From positions 9,131 through 73,130 of the forward strand of contig DATIKM010000012.1 of the NCBI GenBank assembly GCA_035477595.1: DNA of 64,000 nt, given 5' to 3'. Source of the stretch: Chthonomonadales bacterium. GTDB taxonomy: Bacteria > Armatimonadota > Chthonomonadetes > Chthonomonadales > CAJBBX01. Shown piece after piece: positions 35,370 through 43,617 of the stretch. The notes under the pieces are model-generated. The model was not told where the DNA came from. It did not search any database and saw only the letters and a program-made list of their open reading frames with translations. The stretch's first letter is position 1. The number at the start of each line of letters is the position of its first letter. Made by a program: the position numbers and the translations under genes.

Positions 35370-37345
35370 AAGCTGTAGACGTTGGTACCCAGCGCCCAGC
35401 CCACCAGCGTCCACGCGCAGCCAATGGTGAAGTCGCCCAGGAGCAGGCCGAGGAAGAAGGGCATGGCGGCACGGTAGCTCCGCAGTCCGCCGTACCGCAG
35501 CACGGCGATCTTGCACACCCACGCGATGAGCATCGTCATCCACAGCGTGCTCATCGTGAAGCTGCCCGAGATCGCGAGCCCGAGCGGGTGGAATGGCCAC
35601 CATGAGAGGTGCATCCGCGCGAAGTGGAGGACGTACGTGCTGACGGCGCCCGCTCCCACCGCCATCATCGCCGGCAGGTCGCGGTCGCGCGGGCTCGCGA
35701 CCCACGCGTTGAGCCGGTTGTAGGCCTCCCATCCGAAGTGCGGAAAGTGGGTGGCCATGCGCGTCTCCGCGCCTTCGCGGTACGCCAGCGTATAGATCGC
35801 CAGGAAGCCGCAGAGCGTTCCGATGACAGCGGCAACGACGAGCGCGATCGTCATGCCGCGCAGCGAAACCCGTTTGCGTTCCGCGATCTTGAACGCTTCG
35901 AGCTGGCAGGGCATGGCCAGGCTGCGGTAGGCTCGGTTGAACCAGTAGAACCAGGTCAGCGCGGTGAGCGTCTGCGGCGTGAATGTGCGGGTGCCGCAGA
36001 CCGCCGTCAGAATGTAGTCGGGCCCTCCGTTGTGGAGGTCGTGTGCCGGGGCGCCCAGCTCGGCGCGCATCCGCGTGCAGGCGAGCGCGATGGCGAAGTA
36101 GATGAGGAAGGCCGTGACCGCCATCCAGAGCGGCAGGCGCGCCATCCAGAAGAACGCGCAGAGCGCCGCAAACCCCAGGAACACCCCGGCGAATGCGAGG
36201 CGCGGGTCCATCGGCTCGTCCGGCTGGGGCACGCGTCCACGTCGCCAGGCATCGCGCCACACAGACGCGACGTGTCTCCGCAACCCCCACCCGGCCAGCA
36301 GCGCCACCGCCATGTAAGCCCCGAACGACTGCTCGTTCACGTAGGGGAACTGCGGGCTGTAGTCCGACCAGCCGAAGTAGCTGCTCGCAACGCGCAGGAA
36401 GCGCCAGAACAGCGCAAAGAACCAGCACGAGAAGAGCATGTCGGTGGGCAGCAGGAAGCCGAGGCCGATGGAGAACGGGTAGAAGGCCACCGGAGTCCAA
36501 CCCATCGCGTTCCAGGGCTGCGACGGGAAGTGGGGCGAGATGTCGACAGCCTTGATCGGGAGCGACGGCAGGGCGGGGTAGAACACGGCGAGCCCGTTGA
36601 GCACGCTCACCCCGCCCGCCACCGCGAACCCGGCCCAGAGCAGCTTCTGCCGGTACAGCGCGCCGTCCGGCTCCGTCATGTCCATCGGGAGCTGTATGAT
36701 TGGATAGCTCAGCTTCTCGTGCCGGGTCCACTGCTCCCGCAGGATGACGTTCATGCAGAGCATAACGCCCAGGAGCACGAGGATGAACCCGGTCCACGCG
36801 GCCACAGGCACGGCCCACGCGCGGAGATAGCGCGGGTCGAACGGGTTCGCACCGCCGACGTAGAACGCCTCGATCGCTTTGGGGTCGGTCACGTGGAACC
36901 AGGACGGGATGTACTGCCCGAAGAGCTCGTCCCAGTTGTTGGAGGGCGTCGCGTAGCGCGTAACGTGGCCCATCATGGGAATCAGCACGTCGAGGAAGTC
37001 GATGCTCTGCACGCACGTCCCGATGGTGAGCATCACGTAGACGACGAGCATCTCGGCTTGCTCGAGAGCCCACCGCGGCCGCACGCGGCGAACGAGCGCG
37101 TTTACTGCCACCATCGCCAGCACAAAGCACACGACGTTAGCGAACAGCGAGAGCGTGGAGGGATAGGGACCGGTGAACTGGGTCGTGCGCGCGGCGCCGC
37201 TGGTGCCGACCTCCATCTGGGCCAGCCAGATGGCGTTCAGCGGCATGAGCAGGGCGCCCACGGCGATGCCGCGCCAGGGGATGGCCGGGCGGCTGGCCGG
37301 AGCGGCGCCGATCGGCTGGGCCAGCCTGTCCGAGGGGTCAGTCAT
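35360..37345 (-). CDS. Large polytopic membrane protein (661 aa, more than 14 predicted TM segments), possible transporter
   Basis: GGAGG lies 9 nt upstream of the ATG at 37345. The product is hydrophobic throughout and ends in ...GTNVYSFYF. It overlaps the 3' end of the convergent gene by 10 nt. I cannot name a family with confidence. Confidence 0.7.
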   Translation of the reverse strand: MTDPSDRLAQPIGAAPASRPAIPWRGIAVGALLMPLNAIWLAQMEVGTSGAARTTQFTGPYPSTLSLFANVVCFVLAMVAVNALVRRVRPRWALEQAEMLVVYVMLTIGTCVQSIDFLDVLIPMMGHVTRYATPSNNWDELFGQYIPSWFHVTDPKAIEAFYVGGANPFDPRYLRAWAVPVAAWTGFILVLLGVMLCMNVILREQWTRHEKLSYPIIQLPMDMTEPDGALYRQKLLWAGFAVAGGVSVLNGLAVFYPALPSLPIKAVDISPHFPSQPWNAMGWTPVAFYPFSIGLGFLLPTDMLFSCWFFALFWRFLRVASSYFGWSDYSPQFPYVNEQSFGAYMAVALLAGWGLRRHVASVWRDAWRRGRVPQPDEPMDPRLAFAGVFLGFAALCAFFWMARLPLWMAVTAFLIYFAIALACTRMRAELGAPAHDLHNGGPDYILTAVCGTRTFTPQTLTALTWFYWFNRAYRSLAMPCQLEAFKIAERKRVSLRGMTIALVVAAVIGTLCGFLAIYTLAYREGAETRMATHFPHFGWEAYNRLNAWVASPRDRDLPAMMAVGAGAVSTYVLHFARMHLSWWPFHPLGLAISGSFTMSTLWMTMLIAWVCKIAVLRYGGLRSYRAAMPFFLGLLLGDFTIGCAWTLVGWALGTNVYSFYF

Positions 37346-37440
37346 CCGGGGCGCGCCTCCACTGCGCCGCTTATGTTCGCTGCGTCGGCCGCGAGCACCT
37401 GTCATCGGTGCCGCGGGCCGGAGCGCGGCGCAGGAATCCT

Positions 37441-37761
37441 GAGGCACCGCGCGATGGGGCGCCGGAGGGCGCCGTCACCCGGCGCCGTCTGGCGCCAAAC
37501 ATGGTGAGCCCGCTCATAGTGGCCCCCGCGCTCGTCCCCGCCAACGGGGTCCTCGCGGGGGCACCGCTCAGCGTCCCGGGCGTCGGCATCCACCCGGCAT
37601 GCCCTGGCTGGGGCCGGATGATCGCCGACGGGCTCCCGCCTCTTCGCTCGGAGCCGATGCTGGTCCGCTGGCCGGTCGTCTTGCTCGGAGCCGGTGTTTT
37701 GGCCTTCACCTTCCTCGGGGAGGCGCTCCGCGACGCGCTCGACCCGAGACTTAGGCCGTAG
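37441..37761 (+). pseudogene. Remnant (3' third) of an ABC peptide/nickel-type permease gene (OppC/DppC-like)
   Basis: The translation EAPRDGAPEGAVTRRRLAPNMVSPLIV...GAPLSVPGVGIHPACPGWGRMIADG...VLAFTFLGEALRDALDPRLRP parallels the conserved permease C-terminus (EAARALGAS..iifrHILPN..pPLIV...eAgLSFLGLGvqPP.PsWG.Ml.dg...vlAFNlLGDgLRDaLDPRlr). The N-terminal ~190 codons and all partner ABC genes are absent. Confidence 0.6.
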
Positions 37762-37834
37762 TCGGCCGGCGGGCAGCGGCCCGCCAGCCCCATCCAAGGC
37801 ACGGGCGCGCAGCACGCGGCCCGGGGAGGAAGCC

Positions 37835-38887
37835 ATGTCGAAGGTCCGGATCGGCTTCGTGGGCGTGGGCGGCATGGGCCAGTGCGCCCACCTGCGCAAC
37901 TACGCATCGCTGCCCGAGTGCGAGGTCGTCGCCATCGCCGAGCTGCGCACAGGCCTCGCCGCGCGCGTGGCGCAGCGCTATGGTGTGCCCAGGGTCTACG
38001 CGTCGCACGAGGAGATGCTCGCCGCCGAGACGCTGGACGGCATCGTCGCCTCGCAGCCGTTCAGCCGGCACGGGATGCTCGTGCCCGAGCTCCTGAAGGC
38101 AGGCGTGCCGGTCCTCACCGAGAAGCCCATCGCCGCCAGCATCGAGCAGGGCGAGAAGGTGGTTGCGGCGGTCGCTGCGAGTGGCGCCTGGCATATGGTC
38201 GGATACCACAAGCGCAGCGACCCCGCCACCATGTACGCCAAGGCCGAGATCGACCGACTGAGACAGACCGGCAGGTTGGGGCGACTGAAGTACGTGCGCG
38301 TGACGATGCCCGCCGGCGACTGGGTGGCGAACGGCTTCGTCGACCTGCTCGGGAGCGACGAGCCCTACCCCGCGCTCGTGTGGGACCCGCCCGCTGCCGA
38401 CATGAGCGAGCCAGTTCGCCAGAAGTACGAGGGTTTCGTCAACTACTACATCCATCAGGTGAACCTGATGCGCCACCTGCTGGGCGAGCCCTACGAGGCC
38501 ACCTACGCCGAGCCGAGCGAGACCCTCCTCGCCGTGCGGAGCGCCTCGGGAGTGCCAGGCGTCATCGAGATGACGCCCTACCAGACGACCCTCGACTGGC
38601 AGGAGCAGGCGCTTGTCGCCTTCGAGCACGGCTACGTGAAGCTCGACCTGCCCGCGCCGATGGCCAGCAACCGGCCCGGGCGCGTTGAGATGCTGGACGA
38701 CCCAGGCGAGGGAGTCACGCCGACCACCGTGGTGCCCACGCTGCCCTGGGTCCACGCCATGCGCCAGCAGGCGATGAACTTCGTTGCGGCCATCCGCGGC
38801 GAGCGCGCGCCGCTCTGTGAAGCGGCCGAGGCGCTCGAGGACCTGCGCGTTGCGCGCCAGTACATCCGCCTCCTCACCGGCGAGTAG
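37835..38887 (+). CDS. Gfo/Idh/MocA-family NAD(P)-dependent oxidoreductase
   Basis: The Rossmann motif is RIGFVGVGGMGQ, followed by VLTEKP (the EKP motif). The RBS is GGGGAGGA. Confidence 0.85.
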   Translation: MSKVRIGFVGVGGMGQCAHLRNYASLPECEVVAIAELRTGLAARVAQRYGVPRVYASHEEMLAAETLDGIVASQPFSRHGMLVPELLKAGVPVLTEKPIAASIEQGEKVVAAVAASGAWHMVGYHKRSDPATMYAKAEIDRLRQTGRLGRLKYVRVTMPAGDWVANGFVDLLGSDEPYPALVWDPPAADMSEPVRQKYEGFVNYYIHQVNLMRHLLGEPYEATYAEPSETLLAVRSASGVPGVIEMTPYQTTLDWQEQALVAFEHGYVKLDLPAPMASNRPGRVEMLDDPGEGVTPTTVVPTLPWVHAMRQQAMNFVAAIRGERAPLCEAAEALEDLRVARQYIRLLTGE

Positions 38888-38911
38888 CCGGCGGGAGGCT
38901 GGGAGGAACCG

Positions 38912-39889
38912 ATGCTCTCACGCGAGCGAGTACGAGTGGTCATCGAGCATGGCAAGCCTGACCGCGTGCCCATCTACGGGTGGGTGCGGGCCAACCTGGA
39001 CGCCATCCTGGTGGAGGGATGGGGCTCTGCCGACGCGTTCGAGGACTACTACGAGTTCGACCTGGCCCATCTGTTCGGTGGGCCAAACCCGTACCCGGAG
39101 GCGGCACTGCAGAACGCCGCGGCCGATGGACCCGTCACGCCGGAGGTTGCGCGCGATCTGCCGATGTCGGACCCGGACGACCGAGCCGCCTACGCCGACA
39201 TCGTGGCCGGCATCGAGCACCACCAGCGCAGGCGCGGCAGGTTCGCTTACGTACAGACGCCCGGTATCTTCGAGTGCCTCAACGGCGTCTTCGGCATTGA
39301 GAACCACCTGCTCTACCTGGGGCTCTACCAGGAGGACCTCCGCGCGGTGTACGCGCGCCAGGCGGAGTGGAACAGGCGCTTCGCCATGAACTGCCTGGAC
39401 CTCGGCGTCGACATGGTGCACGTCTCCGACGACTGGGGCGGGCAGACCGGCCTGCTGTTCTCGCCTCGCACCTGGTGGTCCATGATGGAGCCCTTCCATC
39501 GCGTGACCACCGATGCCGTGCGCGCACGGGGCGCCTTCGTGAGCCTGCACACGGACGGCAACGTGAGCCCTGTGATCGACGGTGTCGTCGGGCTCGGCTA
39601 CCACGTCGTCCACCCCTGGCAGGAGTCGGCGGGCATGGACCTCGCGGGTCAGATGGCCCTCTACGGCGGCAAGTTCGTCGTCATGGGCGGACTCGACGTC
39701 CAGACGACGATCGGGTTCGGGAAGCTCGACTTACTGAAGGCCGAGATCGAGCGCGTGCTGCGCCTCGGGGCGAACGGCGGCCTGCTCTTCTGCACGTCGC
39801 ACTTCGTCCAGGACCACTGCACCCTCGAGGAGTTGCGCTTCGCCTTCGGCCTCGTCCACGAGCTGAGCCGCAAGGTCTGCGCCGCCTAG
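38912..39889 (+). CDS. Uroporphyrinogen decarboxylase (URO-D)-fold family protein (MtaA/CmuA-like or sugar-modifying enzyme)
   Basis: The pattern GKPDRVPIYGWV...VHVSDDWGGQTGLLFSP...FVSLHTDGNV...FCTSHFVQ, together with the size, matches the URO-D superfamily. Confidence 0.7.
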   Translation: MLSRERVRVVIEHGKPDRVPIYGWVRANLDAILVEGWGSADAFEDYYEFDLAHLFGGPNPYPEAALQNAAADGPVTPEVARDLPMSDPDDRAAYADIVAGIEHHQRRRGRFAYVQTPGIFECLNGVFGIENHLLYLGLYQEDLRAVYARQAEWNRRFAMNCLDLGVDMVHVSDDWGGQTGLLFSPRTWWSMMEPFHRVTTDAVRARGAFVSLHTDGNVSPVIDGVVGLGYHVVHPWQESAGMDLAGQMALYGGKFVVMGGLDVQTTIGFGKLDLLKAEIERVLRLGANGGLLFCTSHFVQDHCTLEELRFAFGLVHELSRKVCAA

Positions 39890-40107
39890 CCGCGCTATCG
39901 CCACAGACTGGTCGGTAAGGGGCCGACGCTGAAGCGGTCATGGCCGCCGTCGTGCGTGAGGTGGGGAGACGGGCATCGCCCGTCGCCCGCTCGTGCCTCA
40001 GGCCGCGTGTTGCCGCGCCGCTGCCACGCGCCGTCGCGGCAGCGGAGTTGCTGGCGCGTCGTGCGATGAGGACACGGATCGTGGCGCGCGAGCGCAGGGG
40101 CCGCGTC

Positions 40108-41724
40108 TTAGAGCGGCATGGCAACGGGCGAACGCCGCGCATCCCTCCACGCCTGGAGGAACCAGAGCAGCCAGAGGTCCTCCCCGGTCGAGCGCGAGCC
40201 GTGCGCGCCTTGTGCATCCTCTCCCCGCTCGACCGCCCGCACGAACTCCGGGCGGATCCAGCCGTCGGCCCGCAACCGGCGCGGGTTCAGCCGTCGGCGC
40301 ACGTCGGACCGCAGCACGCCGCGGCACCACTCCGTCACCGGAGCGCCCATGCCGCGATGCTCGCGCCAGACGACCTCGTGGGGCAGCCACGGGTCTACGG
40401 CGCGCCTCAAGAGCAGCTTCTCGCAGGCGCCCCCAACGATCCACGCGCCGGGCAGGTCGAACGACCAGCGCGCCAGCGCGCGGTCGAGGAACGGGCACCG
40501 CGCCGTGAGCCCGTGCGCTTCTGCGAGCATCCGGACGCGGGGCGCGACGCCCTGCGCGCATTGGGCCGCCAGGCTCGCGGCGCGCAACCGATGGAGCTGC
40601 GACTCGTAGCCGCTCCCGGTGAGCAGCGGGCGCAGCCACGCCGCGGCATCCCAGCCGGCAAGGCGCTCGCGAGCTGCGGCCGTCAGCATTTCGTCCAGCC
40701 GCCCTTGGAGCCCGGCGAGCTCGGCGAGGACACCCTCGTCGCGGCCACGGTCCCCGCCGACGCGCGCATCGGCCGCCGCCAGCAGTCTGCACGCCGAGGC
40801 GCCGAAGATCTGATCGCCCCCATCGCCAGTGAACACGTCCGTCGCTCCGAGCCGCGCAGCCGCCTCACAGAGCACCCAGAGCGGAACCGTGGCCGGGTCG
40901 CCGAACGGGGCCTCCACGGCGCGCGCTGCGGACTCCACGGCCCGCCGCACGTCCACCGCGCGGCAGGGCACGACGTGCAGCGCGAGGCCGAGACGGTCCG
41001 CGACCATCCATGCGAACGACAGCTCGGTATGGTGCGGAGGCCCGAAGTCGAGGGTAAGAAGCAGCGGCTGTGCGCCCTCCTGCGCCAGGAGGGTAGCGAC
41101 GGTGCTGCTGTCGAGTCCGCCGCTCAGGAACACCGCCGGCCTGGCGTCCGGGAGCAGGCGGCGGCGCACGGCGGCTCGGAGAAGGTCGCGCAGCTCCTCG
41201 GTCGCGCGCGCCTGGTCACCCACCGGAGGTGCCTCCTCCCACTGCCAGGGGCGCTCACACGCGACGCATCCGCCGTCCAGGGTCAGGCAGCTTCCGGCAG
41301 GCACGCGCCGGACTCCGCCGTGCCCTGTGAGCGGCGCAGGTACGCAGGACGAGCACAGATAGGAGGCGACGGCCTCGGGTTCCAGGCAGGCCGGCAGGCC
41401 TGCAATGGCCGCCACGCGCGCCGTATGGGAGCCAGCCGCGATCCCCCCGTCGCTCGCGGCCCAGCAGGCGGCGTGCAGCCCGAACGGGTCGCTCTGCAGG
41501 GCGGCGCGCCCGTCCGGCATCAGTTCGCAGCGGCTGCCCGCTTCCGCATCGCCGACCCAGGCGCTGGCAAGCCCGCCGGCCGCACCAGGCGTCGCAATGC
41601 CGGCGTCGCGCCCCCAAGCGGCCGCAGTCCAGCCGTCAGCCTGGACCATGAGCGCGTCGCGCGGGACCTCGTCGCGCACGCAGGGCGAGAGAGCCCCGTA
41701 GGCCGCACACCAGCCTGGCGCCAT
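40108..41724 (-). CDS. Asparagine synthetase B-like protein (PP-loop ATP pyrophosphatase domain) lacking the N-terminal Cys nucleophile
   Basis: The PP-loop is VFLSGGLDSSTVA, followed by FTGDGGDQIFG and the AsnB C-terminal pattern. The N-terminus is MAPGWCAAYG rather than MCG. Confidence 0.8.
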   Translation of the reverse strand: MAPGWCAAYGALSPCVRDEVPRDALMVQADGWTAAAWGRDAGIATPGAAGGLASAWVGDAEAGSRCELMPDGRAALQSDPFGLHAACWAASDGGIAAGSHTARVAAIAGLPACLEPEAVASYLCSSCVPAPLTGHGGVRRVPAGSCLTLDGGCVACERPWQWEEAPPVGDQARATEELRDLLRAAVRRRLLPDARPAVFLSGGLDSSTVATLLAQEGAQPLLLTLDFGPPHHTELSFAWMVADRLGLALHVVPCRAVDVRRAVESAARAVEAPFGDPATVPLWVLCEAAARLGATDVFTGDGGDQIFGASACRLLAAADARVGGDRGRDEGVLAELAGLQGRLDEMLTAAARERLAGWDAAAWLRPLLTGSGYESQLHRLRAASLAAQCAQGVAPRVRMLAEAHGLTARCPFLDRALARWSFDLPGAWIVGGACEKLLLRRAVDPWLPHEVVWREHRGMGAPVTEWCRGVLRSDVRRRLNPRRLRADGWIRPEFVRAVERGEDAQGAHGSRSTGEDLWLLWFLQAWRDARRSPVAMPL

Positions 41725-41980
41725 GGCGTTACCCGAAGTTGCCCTTCGCCGGTCACGGGTTCACCGCGCGCGGCCGCGTCGTTGGTTGGCCGTGCGTCGC
41801 GCGCCATGGGGATCTCTCGCGCGCCGCGCCCGGCCCATCGACCGGCCCCATTCTACCGTACACCGATCCGGACCTCCGAGCGCCCCGTACGCACAGGGAA
41901 AGGGGCCCTGTGGGGCGAAATGGCGTGCCGGCTGTAGGCCGCTCGCCGCGGCGCATCCGCGACCTTTGGGAGGACGGACC

Positions 41981-43537
41981 ATGAGGCAACTAGCGCGAGC
42001 GTTCGTGCCGGCGCTCTGCGCCGCCATGCTGCTGGCGCTCATTCCCGCGCAGGCCGACATCCGCTTGCACAGCCTGTTCACCGACGGCGCCGTGCTGCAG
42101 CGGAACCAGCCCATCAGGGTGTGGGGGACGGCGCGCGAAGGCGAGCGCGTCACTGTGCGGTTCGCAGGCCAGTCCGCGTCGACCGTGGCGGTGGGCGGGC
42201 GCTGGATGGTGCAGCTCCGGCCGATGCCTGCGGGCGGCCCCTACGTTCTCACGGCGACAGGCGACAACATAGTCGACATCCACAACGTGATGCTGGGCGA
42301 CGTTTGGGTCTGCAGTGGCCAGTCGAACATGCAGTGGCCCCTGAGCCAGACCGAGAACGCCGAAGCAGCGATCGCCGCGTCGTCCGACCCCGGCCTGCGC
42401 CTCTACACCGTCCCCCTGGCCGCCGCGCCGGAGCCCGTAGCGGACGTAAACCGCTCCTGGCAGGTCTGCACACCGGCGACAGTGCGCGACTTCTCGGCCG
42501 TGGCCTACTACTTTGGGCGCGAGCTGCGGCGCCAGCTCAACGTGCCGATCGGCCTGATCAACACGAGCTACGGCGGAACGCCGGCCGAGGCGTGGACGCG
42601 GCTCGCGGTGCTCGAGCGGGACCCATCGCTGCGCTACCTGGTGGAGAACCACCGCAAAGCGGTCGCGGCCTTCCCGGACACGCTGGTGGCCCACACACAG
42701 ACGTTGCGCCAGCACAGCGCAGCCGTGGACGCGGCGCGGCGCGAGGGCAGGGAGCCGCCGACCCCGCCACAGCGGCCCGGCAATCCTGAGGTTAGCCCCT
42801 GGAGCCCGGGCGGGCTCTACAACGCCATGATCGCGCCGCTCCTGCCCTTCCCGATCAAGGGCGTCATCTGGTACCAGGGCGAGTCCAACGCCGGCCGCGC
42901 ATGGGAGTACCGCCGCCTCTTCCCTACGATGATCCGCAACTGGCGGCAGGACTGGAGCATCGGCGACTTCCCGTTCCTCTTCGTACAGCTTGCGCCGTTC
43001 ATGGCGATCACCCCTGAGCCAACGGAGAGCGCGTGGGCCGAGTTGCGCGAGGCGCAGCTCAACACGATGCTGACCGTGCCGAAGACCGGCATGGCGGTCA
43101 TCACCGATCTGGGCGACGAGAAGGACATCCACCCGCGCAGGAAGGAAGGCGTCGGGAAGCGCCTCGCGTATGCGGCGCTGCGCGTGGCCTACGAGCGCGA
43201 CATCGTGGGATTCGGCCCGATCTACCGGTCGATGCGCGTGCGAGGCAACCGGGCCGTGCTACGGTTCGACCACGTGGGCGGAGGCCTGGTTGCTCAGGGG
43301 GGGTCGCTGACGGGTTTCACCGTCGCGGGCGCGGACCGCAGGTGGCACAACGCAACCGCCGAGATCGAGGGCAACACGGTAGTGGTCACCAGTCCGAGAG
43401 TGCCCAGGCCCGTCGCTGTCCGCTTCGGGTGGGCCAACTTCCCGGTGGTTAACCTCTACAACCGGGCCGGCCTGCCCGCGACCCCGTTCCGTACCGACGA
43501 CTGGCCGCTCACCACGCAACCCAGGGCGGCGCGTTGA
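41981..43537 (+). CDS. Secreted sialate O-acetylesterase-family carbohydrate esterase
   Basis: There is a signal peptide (MRQLARAFVPALCAAMLLALIPAQA). The pattern LFTDGAVLQRNQPIRVWG...DVWVCSGQSNMQWPL...GVIWYQGESN matches the SASA/SGNH pattern. The RBS is GGGAGGA. Confidence 0.85.
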   Translation: MRQLARAFVPALCAAMLLALIPAQADIRLHSLFTDGAVLQRNQPIRVWGTAREGERVTVRFAGQSASTVAVGGRWMVQLRPMPAGGPYVLTATGDNIVDIHNVMLGDVWVCSGQSNMQWPLSQTENAEAAIAASSDPGLRLYTVPLAAAPEPVADVNRSWQVCTPATVRDFSAVAYYFGRELRRQLNVPIGLINTSYGGTPAEAWTRLAVLERDPSLRYLVENHRKAVAAFPDTLVAHTQTLRQHSAAVDAARREGREPPTPPQRPGNPEVSPWSPGGLYNAMIAPLLPFPIKGVIWYQGESNAGRAWEYRRLFPTMIRNWRQDWSIGDFPFLFVQLAPFMAITPEPTESAWAELREAQLNTMLTVPKTGMAVITDLGDEKDIHPRRKEGVGKRLAYAALRVAYERDIVGFGPIYRSMRVRGNRAVLRFDHVGGGLVAQGGSLTGFTVAGADRRWHNATAEIEGNTVVVTSPRVPRPVAVRFGWANFPVVNLYNRAGLPATPFRTDDWPLTTQPRAAR

Positions 43538-43617
43538 TCGGGGCGGCAGCGGGCCCCGGCCTGTGCATCTCACCCGCATGTCGCGGAGGCGGGGCCGTAC
43601 GCAGGAGGAGAGAGAGC

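Noticed and set aside
34257-37130. 957-aa minus-strand ORF, together with the 632-aa plus-strand ORF 35609..37507
   Set aside because: Both are shadow frames of the real genes 33579..35369 (+) and 35360..37345 (-). They have Arg/Pro-rich composition with no TM or motif logic, whereas the chosen frames give a coherent polytopic membrane protein and an RBS-preceded start.
40108-41990. Lasso-peptide (RiPP) biosynthetic cluster around the AsnB-like gene
   Set aside because: I found no precursor-like small ORF in any minus-strand frame of the upstream spacer. There is no PqqD/RRE, no transglutaminase-like protease and no ABC exporter. The neighbouring genes are on the opposite strand and unrelated.
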